In this document: positions 1-8,950 of the stretch, one piece after another
Layout of the letters: each line of letters opens with the position of its first letter
Position numbering within the stretch: the stretch's first letter is position 1
Virus record (IMG/VR): IMGVR_UViG_3300012664_000098
Coordinates: 1 to 38,328 of that record
Length of the DNA stretch: 38,328 nt
Strand: one strand, 5' to 3'
From: a virus
Lineage: Duplodnaviria; Caudoviricetes
Position numbers and translations under genes: made by a program
The notes under the pieces: model-generated
Told to the model about the DNA's origin: nothing
Database searches by the model: none
What the model saw: the letters and a program-made list of their open reading frames with translations, nothing else

Positions 1-55
1 ACATTAGTAACCTTAAACGTGAATGTGTATGTGCTGATATAGATAACGAGATTGG
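1..55. repeat. Terminal direct repeat copy 1 (assembly overlap; circular/permuted genome)
   Basis: 1-55 is identical to 38274-38328; an ORF reads through the join. Confidence 0.95.
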
Positions 56-90
56 GATGCAGTACATTTATACGGAGGCGATTGTAGGAT

Positions 91-375
91 ATGAAAGAAG
101 ATAAGCTAGGAACTTTAGAAGAAGCTATTGAGTTTGATAAGAAAAGAAATTATCAATACACCGCACCAACAATCGTCAAAGATGAGCAAGGTAAGGTAGT
201 TGCAGTTACTTTGACCAATGAAGAACATCATGTGCAAGAGGTCTTATGGCACGCACCAAGAGAGTTAAGTGATGAGGAAATACTAGAAGTTGCTAAAAGC
301 AAAGGATGGCAAGGTGATTTAGCATTTTTAATTGACTTTGCTAAGGCAATACTAAAGAAAGCAAGTGAGAAATGA
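91..375 (+). CDS. Hypothetical phage protein
   Basis: 94-aa ORF with GGAGG/AGGA upstream; C-terminal LSDEEI...FAKAILKKASEK motif typical of small phage proteins. Confidence 0.75.
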   Translation: MKEDKLGTLEEAIEFDKKRNYQYTAPTIVKDEQGKVVAVTLTNEEHHVQEVLWHAPRELSDEEILEVAKSKGWQGDLAFLIDFAKAILKKASEK

Positions 376-551
376 AACATAGACCATGTGGTAACGGTAA
401 AGGTGACACACCTAGACCTATTAAAGACAGAGAGAAGTTTGATAGTAACTGGGATAGTATCTTTAAGAAGGATGTTAAAGACTCTGCTAAGAGATTATCA
501 GATCATATTGATAACGAAGCTTTGAAAGAACTGAACAAGGAAAAGAAATGA
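372..551 (+). CDS. Small hypothetical protein (GKGDTPRP...FDSNWDSIF motif), 59 aa
   Basis: Read manually; ATGA overlaps with both neighbours. Confidence 0.75.
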   Translation: MKHRPCGNGKGDTPRPIKDREKFDSNWDSIFKKDVKDSAKRLSDHIDNEALKELNKEKK

Positions 552-700
552 CACTTGAACATTACATCGTAGGTGCTACCGGTATAGGTTACGTAACAGT
601 AGGTATCTTACAGTTACTGAAGGGATCTGTACCGAACGCAATGATATGGATTGGTTATGCTTTTGCTCAGGTGGGGTTGCTATTGAACCTTAAAACGTGA
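548..700 (+). CDS. Small two-TM membrane protein, 50 aa
   Basis: Read manually: MTLEHYIVGATGIGYVTVGILQLLKGSVPNAMIWIGYAFAQVGLLLNLKT; AAGGA RBS. Confidence 0.75.
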   Translation: MTLEHYIVGATGIGYVTVGILQLLKGSVPNAMIWIGYAFAQVGLLLNLKT

Positions 701-706
701 TATAAT
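677..706 (+). promoter_or_regulatory. sigma70 extended -10 promoter of the DNA polymerase gene
   Basis: TTGCTA-N18-TATAAT with TGn extension (TGATATAAT at 698-706). Confidence 0.7.
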
Positions 707-712
707 ATATGT

Positions 713-2362
713 ATGAAAATTATCTTAGACATCGAAACTAATAGTACATTTGATAAGATCTGGTTAGTAGTAACTAGAGACATTGAAACAGGAGAAGTAA
801 AGCAATGGACGGAAGCAAGTGGATTACAAAAGTATTTGGATCAAAGCGATTTGATTATCATGCACAACGGAATAAGCTTCGATGCTCCAGTACTCAGGAA
901 GAACTGGAAAGTTACGATGAAGCTGAACCAAGTGTACGATACGCTTGTAGCAAGTCGCCTCCTAAGTCCAAGTCTAGAGGGCGGTCATAGTTTAGAAGCA
1001 TGGGGTCAACGATTAGGATTTCCTAAAGGTGACTTTAGTGACTGGGATGGTGGGTTAACTGAAGAGATGATAACCTACTGTATCCAAGACACACTAGTAA
1101 CACAGAAGTTGTATGAACATTTACTAACTGAATTTAAGAATCAACAATTTGATAACAGGAGTATCGATCTTGAACACAAAGTACAAGCAATCATCTGTAA
1201 GCAAGAACAAAACGGATTCAAACTGGATGAGCAGAATGCTATCATCCTTCTTGCAGAACTTAAAGGTAAGCTTAGCCATATTGAAAATGAATTACAGAGT
1301 GTATTTCCAACGAAAACAACTGAAAGATATTCAGAGAAAACAGGCAAGCGTCTCAAAGATGAAGTCGAAGTATTCAACCCCGGAAGCAGACAGCAAATTG
1401 CCAGTCGCCTCCAAGAAAAAGGATGGAAGCCAAAAAGATTTACAGACAAAGGACAAGCAATCGTCGACGAAACAACGCTCAACGAAAGCGACATCCCTGA
1501 AGCAAAGCTGATTGGTGAATACCTTTTACTACAGAAGCGAATCAGTCAGATAGATTCTTGGTTAAAGGTAGTAGGTAAAGATGGACGAGTACATGGTCGT
1601 ATCATTACTAACGGTGCAGTGACAGGTCGTATGACTCACATGAGTCCTAACATGGCACAAGTACCGAACTCAGGTAGTGAATATGGTGAAGAGTGTAGAG
1701 CTTTATGGACTGTAGAGAAAGGATATAAGTTAGTAGGTATTGATGCTTCAGGTTTAGAACTTCGAATGCTTGCTCACTATATGAATGACGATGCGTATAC
1801 AAATGAAGTTGTCTCAGGTGACATTCACACAGCGAATCAAAAGGCTGCAGGTCTTGAGAATCGTAACCAAGCGAAGACATTCATCTACGCATTCTTATAT
1901 GGTGCAGGTGACGAGAAGATTGGTAAGATCGTAGGAGGTGGGGCAGCGACAGGTAAGAAACTTAAAGATAGATTCTTATCTAATACTCCTCAGCTTAAAG
2001 CGTTAAGAGAAAAGGTTGCAAGGATTTATCAGACTAACGGTTCTTTACCAAGTCTTGATGGACGTAGATTACAAGTTAGGTCAGAACATTCTGCACTTAA
2101 CACGTTACTACAGGGAGCAGGTGCAGTTGTCATGAAGCAAGCGTTAGTGTTGTTAGATAAGAAACTTAAGTCAGCGAAGATTGATTACAAGTTCGTAGCT
2201 AACGTTCATGACGAATGGCAGATAGAAGTAGAAGAAGCAAGAGCAGAAGAAGTTGGTAAGCTAGGTGTACAATCTATAGCTGAGGCAGGACAAGTCCTCA
2301 ACATGAGATGCCCTCTTACCGGTGAGTACAACGTAGGTAATAACTGGAAGGAAACACACTGA
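713..2362 (+). CDS. polA: Family A DNA polymerase with 3'-5' exonuclease domain (T7-like)
   Basis: ExoI DIET, ExoII HNGISFD, ExoIII YCIQD; motif A GIDASGLELR; motif B RNQAKTFIYAFLYG; motif C NVHDEWQ. Confidence 0.97.
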   Translation: MKIILDIETNSTFDKIWLVVTRDIETGEVKQWTEASGLQKYLDQSDLIIMHNGISFDAPVLRKNWKVTMKLNQVYDTLVASRLLSPSLEGGHSLEAWGQRLGFPKGDFSDWDGGLTEEMITYCIQDTLVTQKLYEHLLTEFKNQQFDNRSIDLEHKVQAIICKQEQNGFKLDEQNAIILLAELKGKLSHIENELQSVFPTKTTERYSEKTGKRLKDEVEVFNPGSRQQIASRLQEKGWKPKRFTDKGQAIVDETTLNESDIPEAKLIGEYLLLQKRISQIDSWLKVVGKDGRVHGRIITNGAVTGRMTHMSPNMAQVPNSGSEYGEECRALWTVEKGYKLVGIDASGLELRMLAHYMNDDAYTNEVVSGDIHTANQKAAGLENRNQAKTFIYAFLYGAGDEKIGKIVGGGAATGKKLKDRFLSNTPQLKALREKVARIYQTNGSLPSLDGRRLQVRSEHSALNTLLQGAGAVVMKQALVLLDKKLKSAKIDYKFVANVHDEWQIEVEEARAEEVGKLGVQSIAEAGQVLNMRCPLTGEYNVGNNWKETH

Positions 2363-2541
2363 TGAATTTGAAGTTAAAACAATGTGTCATGGAATTACTT
2401 CGGATGGGTGAAAGCCCTGAAGCAGTGTGCCATGCTTTAAACGAGGTTCACTATGCTGTCAATCATATAAAAGAATGGCAACCTAGTCATGATATGGCAG
2501 ACCTGTATAGGGCTTATAAAGATGCGGACTTCAGACCATGA
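2362..2541 (+). CDS. Hypothetical protein, 59 aa
   Basis: Read manually (MNLKLKQCVMELLRMGE...); TGATG coupling to the polymerase stop. Confidence 0.65.
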   Translation: MNLKLKQCVMELLRMGESPEAVCHALNEVHYAVNHIKEWQPSHDMADLYRAYKDADFRP

Positions 2542-2705
2542 ACTTACCTGATGATGTAGACATTGTAGTAGCACTAGGTATTGACAAGGATGACAAGCTT
2601 GTTCTTGCTACATACCTAGAGATGGATGATCTCGAAGACTTCTTAGAAGATTGTCTAGAGATTGTAAGAGAAAAACAATTGAACGAAAGCTTTACATTGC
2701 AGTAA
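2538..2705 (+). CDS. Small acidic hypothetical protein, 55 aa
   Basis: Read manually (MNLPDDVDIVVALGIDKDD...); ATGA overlap. Confidence 0.65.
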   Translation: MNLPDDVDIVVALGIDKDDKLVLATYLEMDDLEDFLEDCLEIVREKQLNESFTLQ

Positions 2706-2718
2706 ACTGTGGTATAAT
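2691..2718 (+). promoter_or_regulatory. sigma70 extended -10 promoter upstream of ssb
   Basis: TTTACA-N16-TATAAT, TGTGGTATAAT; shares TGnTATAATATATGT with the polA promoter. Confidence 0.7.
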
Positions 2719-2754
2719 ATATGTGTAGTACAAATTACTTGAAAGGAAATTCAA

Positions 2755-3174
2755 ATGAGCGTAGTTAAAATTAAAGGTGAGTTGTTTTGGGCTAAGTGGA
2801 TGAAGGAGATTAATACTAAATTTAATCCTGACTATGACCGCTTTGAAGCTGTAGTAGCTAATATCTCCGATGAAGACGTTAAGAAGTTAGGTTCTTTAGG
2901 TATCAAGATGAAGAACAAAGACGGTCAAGGTAATTACATCTTAGCTAAGAGTAAGTATGAGTTTACTCCTGTAACTCCTAGCGGTGATAAGGTTGAGATT
3001 GATGAGATCGGTAACGGTACTAAGGTAGAAGTTGAAGTTTCTTCTTATACACACCGTATGAGTGCTATGTATGGTAATGCACCGTCGATTAAGAAGATTA
3101 CTGTTACTCAGCTAGAGAAGTACGATCCTGACACAGTGGCTGTAACAGACATTGACGATGACGACATCCTCTAA
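2755..3174 (+). CDS. Single-stranded DNA-binding protein (T7 gp2.5-like)
   Basis: OB-fold-like size, IGNGT motif, acidic C-terminal tail DIDDDDIL, position in the replication module, strong RBS. Confidence 0.75.
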   Translation: MSVVKIKGELFWAKWMKEINTKFNPDYDRFEAVVANISDEDVKKLGSLGIKMKNKDGQGNYILAKSKYEFTPVTPSGDKVEIDEIGNGTKVEVEVSSYTHRMSAMYGNAPSIKKITVTQLEKYDPDTVAVTDIDDDDIL

Positions 3175-3901
3175 GAAAGCTTTGATCGATGCTGATTCTC
3201 TAGTTTATGCTATTGGTTTTTCAAGTCAAGACATTGAAGAACCTTTAGCTAAATGGAGACTTGATGAAGCGATCAATAATATTCTTAATGACTTAGGTAC
3301 TAAAGACTACGAAGGTTGGATTACAGGGAAAGGAAACTACCGTAACGACATCGCAGTCACAGCACCTTACAAAGGACAGCGTAAAGCAGAGAAGCCTGAA
3401 CACTATACAGCACTACGAGAACACATGATAAAGAAATGGAAGTTCCACGTGACTGAAGGTATTGAGGCTGACGATGCAGTAGGCATTGCTGCTTATGCTG
3501 TACCTGAGGATGAAGTTATTATGGTACATATAGATAAAGACTTGAATCAGTTTAGAGGATGGCACTATAACTACAGGAACAAAGAAACCTACTATGTTAC
3601 AGAGTTCAACGGATTGAAAAGTTTTTATACTCAGATACTAACAGGAGATAGAATTGACAATATCATCGGTATCAAGGGAATTGGTGCAGTTAAAGCGGAA
3701 AGGATTCTTAAAGAATGCAAAGACGAAAACGAAATGTATCTTGCTGTACTCGAAGCGTACAACGGAGACTCGGAGCGAGTACTGGAAAACGGTCAACTCC
3801 TGTGGCTACAAAGGGAAGTAAACCAAGTCTGGCAACCGCCCCAGTTATCTACGTTGAGTGGGTCGATGCAGTCTCAGACGGAGGATGGGAAGACGAAGTA
3901 A
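3158..3901 (+). CDS. 5'-3' exonuclease (T7 gp6-like)
   Basis: LIDADS, YKGQR, EADD, DKDL and GDRIDNIIGIKGIG (H3TH) motifs. Confidence 0.93.
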   Translation: MTTSSKKALIDADSLVYAIGFSSQDIEEPLAKWRLDEAINNILNDLGTKDYEGWITGKGNYRNDIAVTAPYKGQRKAEKPEHYTALREHMIKKWKFHVTEGIEADDAVGIAAYAVPEDEVIMVHIDKDLNQFRGWHYNYRNKETYYVTEFNGLKSFYTQILTGDRIDNIIGIKGIGAVKAERILKECKDENEMYLAVLEAYNGDSERVLENGQLLWLQREVNQVWQPPQLSTLSGSMQSQTEDGKTK

Positions 3902-4110
3902 AGGTAGATATACATCCGGTTAGAACTATAGGCTACTTAGTAGCAGAAACTAACGATGGTATCTGTCTTGCTTCTACAGTCTCCGGTGAGATGACCAACG
4001 CAAGGATGCACATACCGAAGGCATGGATAACGAAACGAAAGGAAGTTAAACTTGAAACCCCAGTCAGCAAAAGCCAAAGGAAGAAACCTACAAAAGTGGG
4101 TAAGAGATAA
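3829..4110 (+). CDS. Phage hypothetical protein (VEWVDA...GW...TIGYL motif); start uncertain
   Basis: Protein-like portion of ORF 3715..4110 begins near a CTG at 3829 downstream of AAGGGAAG. Confidence 0.65.
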   Translation: MATAPVIYVEWVDAVSDGGWEDEVKVDIHPVRTIGYLVAETNDGICLASTVSGEMTNARMHIPKAWITKRKEVKLETPVSKSQRKKPTKVGKR

Positions 4111-4384
4111 GATACTTGCTAAGTTTCCTAATCTTGAACCTGATGATGTAAGAAGTACTTCGATGGGTGCAGGTGGGGAAGATGTTCAACTTAGTCCGGC
4201 AGCTAGAGAACTGTTTGGATATACGATTGAATGTAAGAACCTAGCTAAGGTAGCAGTGTATAACTTTTATGAACAAGCAAAGCAACATGGTAAAGGAGAA
4301 CCACTAGTGATTGTAAAACAGAACGGATCTAAACCTTTAGCTATTGTAGATGCTGATTACTTTTTTAAGGAATTAATTAAATGA
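4052..4384 (+). CDS. PD-(D/E)xK endonuclease, putative Holliday junction resolvase
   Basis: SAKAKGR...MGAGGED...IECKN motifs. Confidence 0.8.
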   Translation: MKPQSAKAKGRNLQKWVRDKILAKFPNLEPDDVRSTSMGAGGEDVQLSPAARELFGYTIECKNLAKVAVYNFYEQAKQHGKGEPLVIVKQNGSKPLAIVDADYFFKELIK

Positions 4385-4509
4385 TGACATTAGGTGGTGA
4401 TATTGCAGATTGGAAGATCGTTAATCAAGGCGATAACTTTACAGTGTTAGGTTTTACTAAAGACGGTAGAATTGTATACTGGAAAGAAGGCAAGTGGAAT
4501 GAGTTGTGA
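4381..4509 (+). CDS. Small hypothetical protein, 42 aa
   Basis: Read manually (MMTLGGDIADWKIVNQG...); AAGGA RBS. Confidence 0.6.
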   Translation: MMTLGGDIADWKIVNQGDNFTVLGFTKDGRIVYWKEGKWNEL

Positions 4510-4708
4510 TAAGCATTGCTATGAATCAGATATAGCTACATTAGAGCAAGAGAACAAACAGATGAGAGCACGAATGACTAGACTAGAGCAGGAGAATCAG
4601 GAGCTTCAGAAACAAGTAGATGCATTGTTACTTGTCGCTGAGGTGAAAGAGAAGAAGAGACTAGAAGTTATTCAAGAAGTCTGGCAACATACAATGGAGA
4701 AATCATGA
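4499..4708 (+). CDS. Coiled-coil hypothetical protein
   Basis: Heptad pattern LEQENKQMRARMTRLEQENQELQKQVDAL; ATG at 4499. Confidence 0.65.
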   Translation: MSCDKHCYESDIATLEQENKQMRARMTRLEQENQELQKQVDALLLVAEVKEKKRLEVIQEVWQHTMEKS

Positions 4709-4869
4709 CGAAAGATAATTATAGTTTTCAATTCAGAGATGAGAATCGAAACATCAGTCACAGTTTTGCTTTAGAAGAAGGTGTTACTTACTATGAGATC
4801 CATCGTGAGTTTATTACTTTCTTAAGTGCAGTATATGGATATGACTTACATTCGGAGTATACAGATTGA
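4705..4869 (+). CDS. Small hypothetical protein, 54 aa
   Basis: Read manually (MTKDNYSFQFRDEN...FLSAVYGYD); GGAG RBS; coupled overlaps. Confidence 0.65.
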   Translation: MTKDNYSFQFRDENRNISHSFALEEGVTYYEIHREFITFLSAVYGYDLHSEYTD

Positions 4870-5600
4870 AGATACTATTACTTGATATTGAATCCAGTCC
4901 AAACGTAGCACACGTGTGGGGAATCTGGCAACAGAACGTAGGTATTAATCAGTTGATGGAATCATCATACGTATTATGTTGGGCTGCTAAGTGGCTTGGT
5001 GAAGAAGAAGTTATGTTTGATTCTGTTCATGTATCTAAACCTAAGAAGATGCTGAAGAAGATTCATGACTTAATCTCCGAAGCTGATGCGGTGATTCACT
5101 ACAACGGTACTAAGTTTGATATGCCTACGTTGAACAAAGAGTTCTTGTTACATAGCATGAATCCTCCTGCTCCATATAAGCAGATCGATTTGTTAAAGCA
5201 AGTGCGTAGTCAGTTCAGATTTCCTAGTAACAAGTTAGACTATGTTGCTCAGAGATTAGGACTAGGTAGTAAGACTTCACACGAAGGACATGAGTTGTGG
5301 GTTAAATGTATGGCAGGAGATAAAGATGCTTGGAAACGTATGGAAGAATATAATAAACAGGACGTTGTGCTTCTTGAGTTATTATATAATCGGTTGTTAC
5401 CTTGGATTAAAAATCATCCTAATAGGAATCATCATTCTGATTCAGCTGTTTGCCCTAGTTGTGGTGGCACTCATCTGCAAAAGAGAGGAACTTCTATCAC
5501 AACTACTTCGACTTACCAACGCTATCAGTGTCGTACTTGTGGATCGTGGAGTCAAGGAACTAAGCAAATGAAACCATCAGTAGAGGTGAAAGCATTATGA
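4866..5600 (+). CDS. RNase H-like (DnaQ/YprB-type) exonuclease with C-terminal Zn ribbon
   Basis: LDIES, YNGTKFD, YNKQDV; CPSCG...YQCRTCG. Confidence 0.85.
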   Translation: MKILLLDIESSPNVAHVWGIWQQNVGINQLMESSYVLCWAAKWLGEEEVMFDSVHVSKPKKMLKKIHDLISEADAVIHYNGTKFDMPTLNKEFLLHSMNPPAPYKQIDLLKQVRSQFRFPSNKLDYVAQRLGLGSKTSHEGHELWVKCMAGDKDAWKRMEEYNKQDVVLLELLYNRLLPWIKNHPNRNHHSDSAVCPSCGGTHLQKRGTSITTTSTYQRYQCRTCGSWSQGTKQMKPSVEVKAL

Positions 5601-5929
5601 TTAAAGAAGGATATAGAAACTATGATAGTCCAGTAGCTATGCCTGACTTAGGAGAACCTAGAGGTATAACTCTTGAAGAATATTTTGCCGGTTTAAATAA
5701 ACTTCATGAAGAGACAGGCAAAACAGTTAGAGATCAACAGGTTGGAGGAGATCATTATCAGAAAGCTATTCAACCTTGGGATATTATTTCTGAATGGAAG
5801 CTTGACTTTTGGGAAGGAAATGTGTTAAAATATCTACTACGCTATAAAGATAAAGACGGTGTAAAAGATTTAAGGAAAGCTAAACATTATTTAGAATATC
5901 TAATTGAAAGGGAATCAAATGGCAACTAA
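5597..5929 (+). CDS. DUF3310 (SaV-like / T7 gp1.7-related) protein
   Basis: VGGDHY...QPWD...GNVLKYLLRY..KDG.KDLRKAKHYL signature. Confidence 0.85.
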   Translation: MIKEGYRNYDSPVAMPDLGEPRGITLEEYFAGLNKLHEETGKTVRDQQVGGDHYQKAIQPWDIISEWKLDFWEGNVLKYLLRYKDKDGVKDLRKAKHYLEYLIERESNGN

Positions 5930-6251
5930 GAAATCACAGAAGCAAACACTTACATTCAACAAGTTCTTTCCGGATCAGGACGCATACGTAACATTACGTG
6001 GTGTATTTAATCCACTAGGTTTAGACAGTTCGTTTGAAGATGACTTTGATTTAGACTTAACAATTCAAAATGGAACAGGACGTTATATTAATCTGTATTC
6101 ATGGTTAAGTGATCGAAGCAATACTTTAGCACAACTTAAAGCAATTAATGAAGCAACAGCTAAGGCTATTAAGTTCATTGAAGATGCAAAGGAAATGAAG
6201 AAAGCTAAGCCTATTAAAGTAGAACCAAGAGTAACAAAGCAACGTAAGTAA
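5919..6251 (+). CDS. Hypothetical protein
   Basis: ORF with ATG at 5919 after AAGGGA. Confidence 0.7.
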   Translation: MATKKSQKQTLTFNKFFPDQDAYVTLRGVFNPLGLDSSFEDDFDLDLTIQNGTGRYINLYSWLSDRSNTLAQLKAINEATAKAIKFIEDAKEMKKAKPIKVEPRVTKQRK

Positions 6252-6254
6252 GAT

Positions 6255-6440
6255 ATGTATCCGTTGACGCTACAAGAATTACAAGAGAGGCTGAAGCGGC
6301 TCGATGAGCTATCTCTTCTAGAGTTACTTGATGTAACTTCGGAGGAGATAGTCGAGATGTTTATAGACCGAATAGAAGATAACTTTGATCGCCTTATGAA
6401 TGAGGTAGATTATGATGGAGAGGACGACGAAGATGAGTAG
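6255..6440 (+). CDS. Small acidic hypothetical protein
   Basis: 61-aa ORF directly upstream of the RNR. Confidence 0.75.
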   Translation: MYPLTLQELQERLKRLDELSLLELLDVTSEEIVEMFIDRIEDNFDRLMNEVDYDGEDDEDE

Positions 6441-8340
6441 ATATGAATTAACACCTTACAATACCTTCATTGCTAAGTCTAGATATTCTAGATACTTAGA
6501 TGATAAAGGTAGACGTGAGCATTGGTCTGAAACAGTAACACGATACTTTGATTTCATGACTAAGAACTTGAAAGAGAAGAACGGATATACATTAACACCT
6601 GAGCTACGTGCAGAGTTAGAAGATGCAGTAGTACATTTAGATGTAGTACCTAGTATGAGAGCTATCATGACAGCAGGAGCTGCATTAGAGCGTCAGAACG
6701 TAGCTGCATTTAACTGTTCATATCTTCCTATCGATGACCCTAAAGCATTCGATGAAGCTATGTATATCTTATTGTGTGGTACAGGTGTAGGATTCTCAGT
6801 GGAGCAACAGTATGTTAAGCAGTTACCTGAAGTACCGGATCAGTTGTTTGATAGTGAAACTACTATTTCTGTTTCGGATTCTAAAGAAGGGTGGGCTAAG
6901 TCGCTCAGACAACTATTGGCTTTATTATACTCTGGCGAAGTACCAAAGTTTGATCTGTCAAAAGTCAGACCTGCAGGTGCTAGGCTCAAAACTTTTGGAG
7001 GACGAGCAAGTGGAGCTAAGCCATTGGAAGATCTCTTCAAGTTTGTCATTAGTAAATTTAAAGGTGCTTCAGGCAGGAAACTATCGTCATTGGAGTGTCA
7101 TGACATTCTCTGTAAGATCGGGGAAGTTGTTGTCGTGGGAGGTGTACGAAGATCAGCAATGATTAGTTTGTCTGACTTAGCAGATGACAAGATGGCACAC
7201 GCTAAAGCAGGAGCATGGTGGGATGGTCAAGGTCAACGAGCACTAGCTAATAACTCAGCTACGTATGCAGAGAAGCCTAGCATTGGTCAGTTCATGCGTG
7301 AATGGACTAGTATTTATGAATCACATTCAGGTGAGAGAGGAATTTTTAATCGTGATGCATCACAGAAACAGGCTGCAAAGAATGGCAGACGAGACAGTAC
7401 TTATGACTTTGGTACGAACCCTTGCTCTGAGATCATTCTTCGCCCTTATCAATTCTGTAATCTGTCCTCTTGCATTGTTCGTAGTTCTGATACTATGGAG
7501 TCTTTGGAGCGTAAGATTAGGTTGGCTACGATTCTTGGAACTTTTCAAGCGACGTTAACTAACTTCCCTTACCTACGTAAGATCTGGCAGAAGAACACTG
7601 AGGAAGAAGCACTACTAGGTGTATCAATGACAGGTATCCTAGACAATGCTTTGTTGAATAACCCTGATGATGTAGAGTTACCTAAACGATTGGAGGCTTT
7701 AAAAGATGTGGCAGTCAGAACGAACGCTGAATATAGTTCATCTGTGGGTATTAATCAGTCTGTTGCTGTTACAGCTATTAAACCTGAAGGTACAGTATCT
7801 CAGTTATGCAGCACTGCAAGCGGTATCCATCCTCAGCATTCTAAGTTTTATATTAGACGTGTTAGGGCAGATAACAAAGACCCGCTAACTCAGTTCATGA
7901 TTCAAGCAGGGTTTGTAGCTGAACCTTGTGTGATGAAACCTGATAGTACTACGGTGTTTAGTTTCCCTGTAGAAGTACCTGATGGTGCGTTACTACGAGA
8001 AGACTTATCTGCCTTGAAGCACTTGAAGTTATGGTTGTTGTTCCAACGTCACTACTGTGAACATAAACCATCAGTAACTATCAGTGTTAAAGAAGATGAA
8101 TGGATGGAAGTTGGAGCATGGGTGTGGGAACACTTTGATGAGGTAACTGGTGTATCGTTCTTACCGATGGATGGTGGAACATACAAGCAAGCACCTTATG
8201 AGGAGTGCACATTCGAAACGTATAGTAACTTGAAGCTGTTAGTACCAGAAGCAATCGACTGGGATAACTTCAAAGAGTATGACGATAACGTGGAAGGTGC
8301 TCAGATGTTAAGCTGTACTGCAGGAGGGTGTTCAATATGA
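6433..8340 (+). CDS. nrdJ: Class II adenosylcobalamin-dependent ribonucleotide reductase (monomeric RTPR type)
   Basis: FNCSY, VGGVRRSAMI, TNPCSEI (thiyl Cys), QFCNL, KPEGT, C-terminal CTAGGC; no beta-subunit gene. Confidence 0.93.
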   Translation: MSRYELTPYNTFIAKSRYSRYLDDKGRREHWSETVTRYFDFMTKNLKEKNGYTLTPELRAELEDAVVHLDVVPSMRAIMTAGAALERQNVAAFNCSYLPIDDPKAFDEAMYILLCGTGVGFSVEQQYVKQLPEVPDQLFDSETTISVSDSKEGWAKSLRQLLALLYSGEVPKFDLSKVRPAGARLKTFGGRASGAKPLEDLFKFVISKFKGASGRKLSSLECHDILCKIGEVVVVGGVRRSAMISLSDLADDKMAHAKAGAWWDGQGQRALANNSATYAEKPSIGQFMREWTSIYESHSGERGIFNRDASQKQAAKNGRRDSTYDFGTNPCSEIILRPYQFCNLSSCIVRSSDTMESLERKIRLATILGTFQATLTNFPYLRKIWQKNTEEEALLGVSMTGILDNALLNNPDDVELPKRLEALKDVAVRTNAEYSSSVGINQSVAVTAIKPEGTVSQLCSTASGIHPQHSKFYIRRVRADNKDPLTQFMIQAGFVAEPCVMKPDSTTVFSFPVEVPDGALLREDLSALKHLKLWLLFQRHYCEHKPSVTISVKEDEWMEVGAWVWEHFDEVTGVSFLPMDGGTYKQAPYEECTFETYSNLKLLVPEAIDWDNFKEYDDNVEGAQMLSCTAGGCSI

Positions 8341-8489
8341 GCGTAGAACTCAGTGTTATTCGAGGACTTGCTCTAGGAATAGAGTACCTGAATGGAGATG
8401 ATATAGGAGACGATGAAGTTTCAGTCTATGTAGTAATTGACCTAGGCTTCATCCGTCTCTTGTTTACAACTTATAAGCCTGTAGTTTAA
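8337..8489 (+). CDS. Small hypothetical protein, 50 aa; last gene of the + arm
   Basis: Read manually (MSVELSVIRGLALGIEY...IDLGFIRLLF); GGAGG RBS; ATGA overlap. Confidence 0.7.
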   Translation: MSVELSVIRGLALGIEYLNGDDIGDDEVSVYVVIDLGFIRLLFTTYKPVV

Positions 8490-8950
8490 GCTTGAATACC
8501 GGGGAGGTAAACTGTTTTGCCTCCCTGTTTTACTGCAGTTAAGCACTGACATTTAAGATCAGTTGGATCATAAGAGACATGAACCCATCCTGAATCAGGC
8601 ACACCTTGAGTATAGAACTCTAGGATTACTTGAGTGAACTTAAAGTTATCAGCGATGTAGTTAGCCAAGTCTCCGTTGGCAACCCCGTTGATCTCGATGT
8701 CAGCTGCTTGACCTTTGCAGTGATCTGAAGTCTTAGATCCGCCTACTGCAGCATTAACTTCAGGAGCACGATAGCCTGAGTTAACCTTAACAGACTTACC
8801 AAAGTGTTCTCTGATAGGTTGTAGGATCTTCTCAGCTAGTGTCTTGAGGTTAGCAGTTACAGTCTCATTAGGAGTATTGTCTAAACCTAATCTAGTTGCT
8901 GTATCTGATACTGTTAATTCTTTTAAACTAAAGTTATTCGTTAGTTGCAT
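8486..8950 (-). CDS. Endolysin, peptidase M15A (Zn D-Ala-D-Ala carboxypeptidase-like)
   Basis: SGYR...N..VGG...SDHCKGQAAD...WVHVS. Confidence 0.9.
   Translation of the reverse strand: MQLTNNFSLKELTVSDTATRLGLDNTPNETVTANLKTLAEKILQPIREHFGKSVKVNSGYRAPEVNAAVGGSKTSDHCKGQAADIEINGVANGDLANYIADNFKFTQVILEFYTQGVPDSGWVHVSYDPTDLKCQCLTAVKQGGKTVYLPGIQA

Noticed and set aside
1-55. 55-bp end repeat as the biological terminal repeat
   Set aside because: The length equals a common assembler k-mer and it falls inside an ORF that reads through the join
713-8340. Introns, inteins, frameshifts or stop-codon recoding in polA and nrdJ
   Set aside because: The ORFs are continuous, of normal size, and read in the standard code
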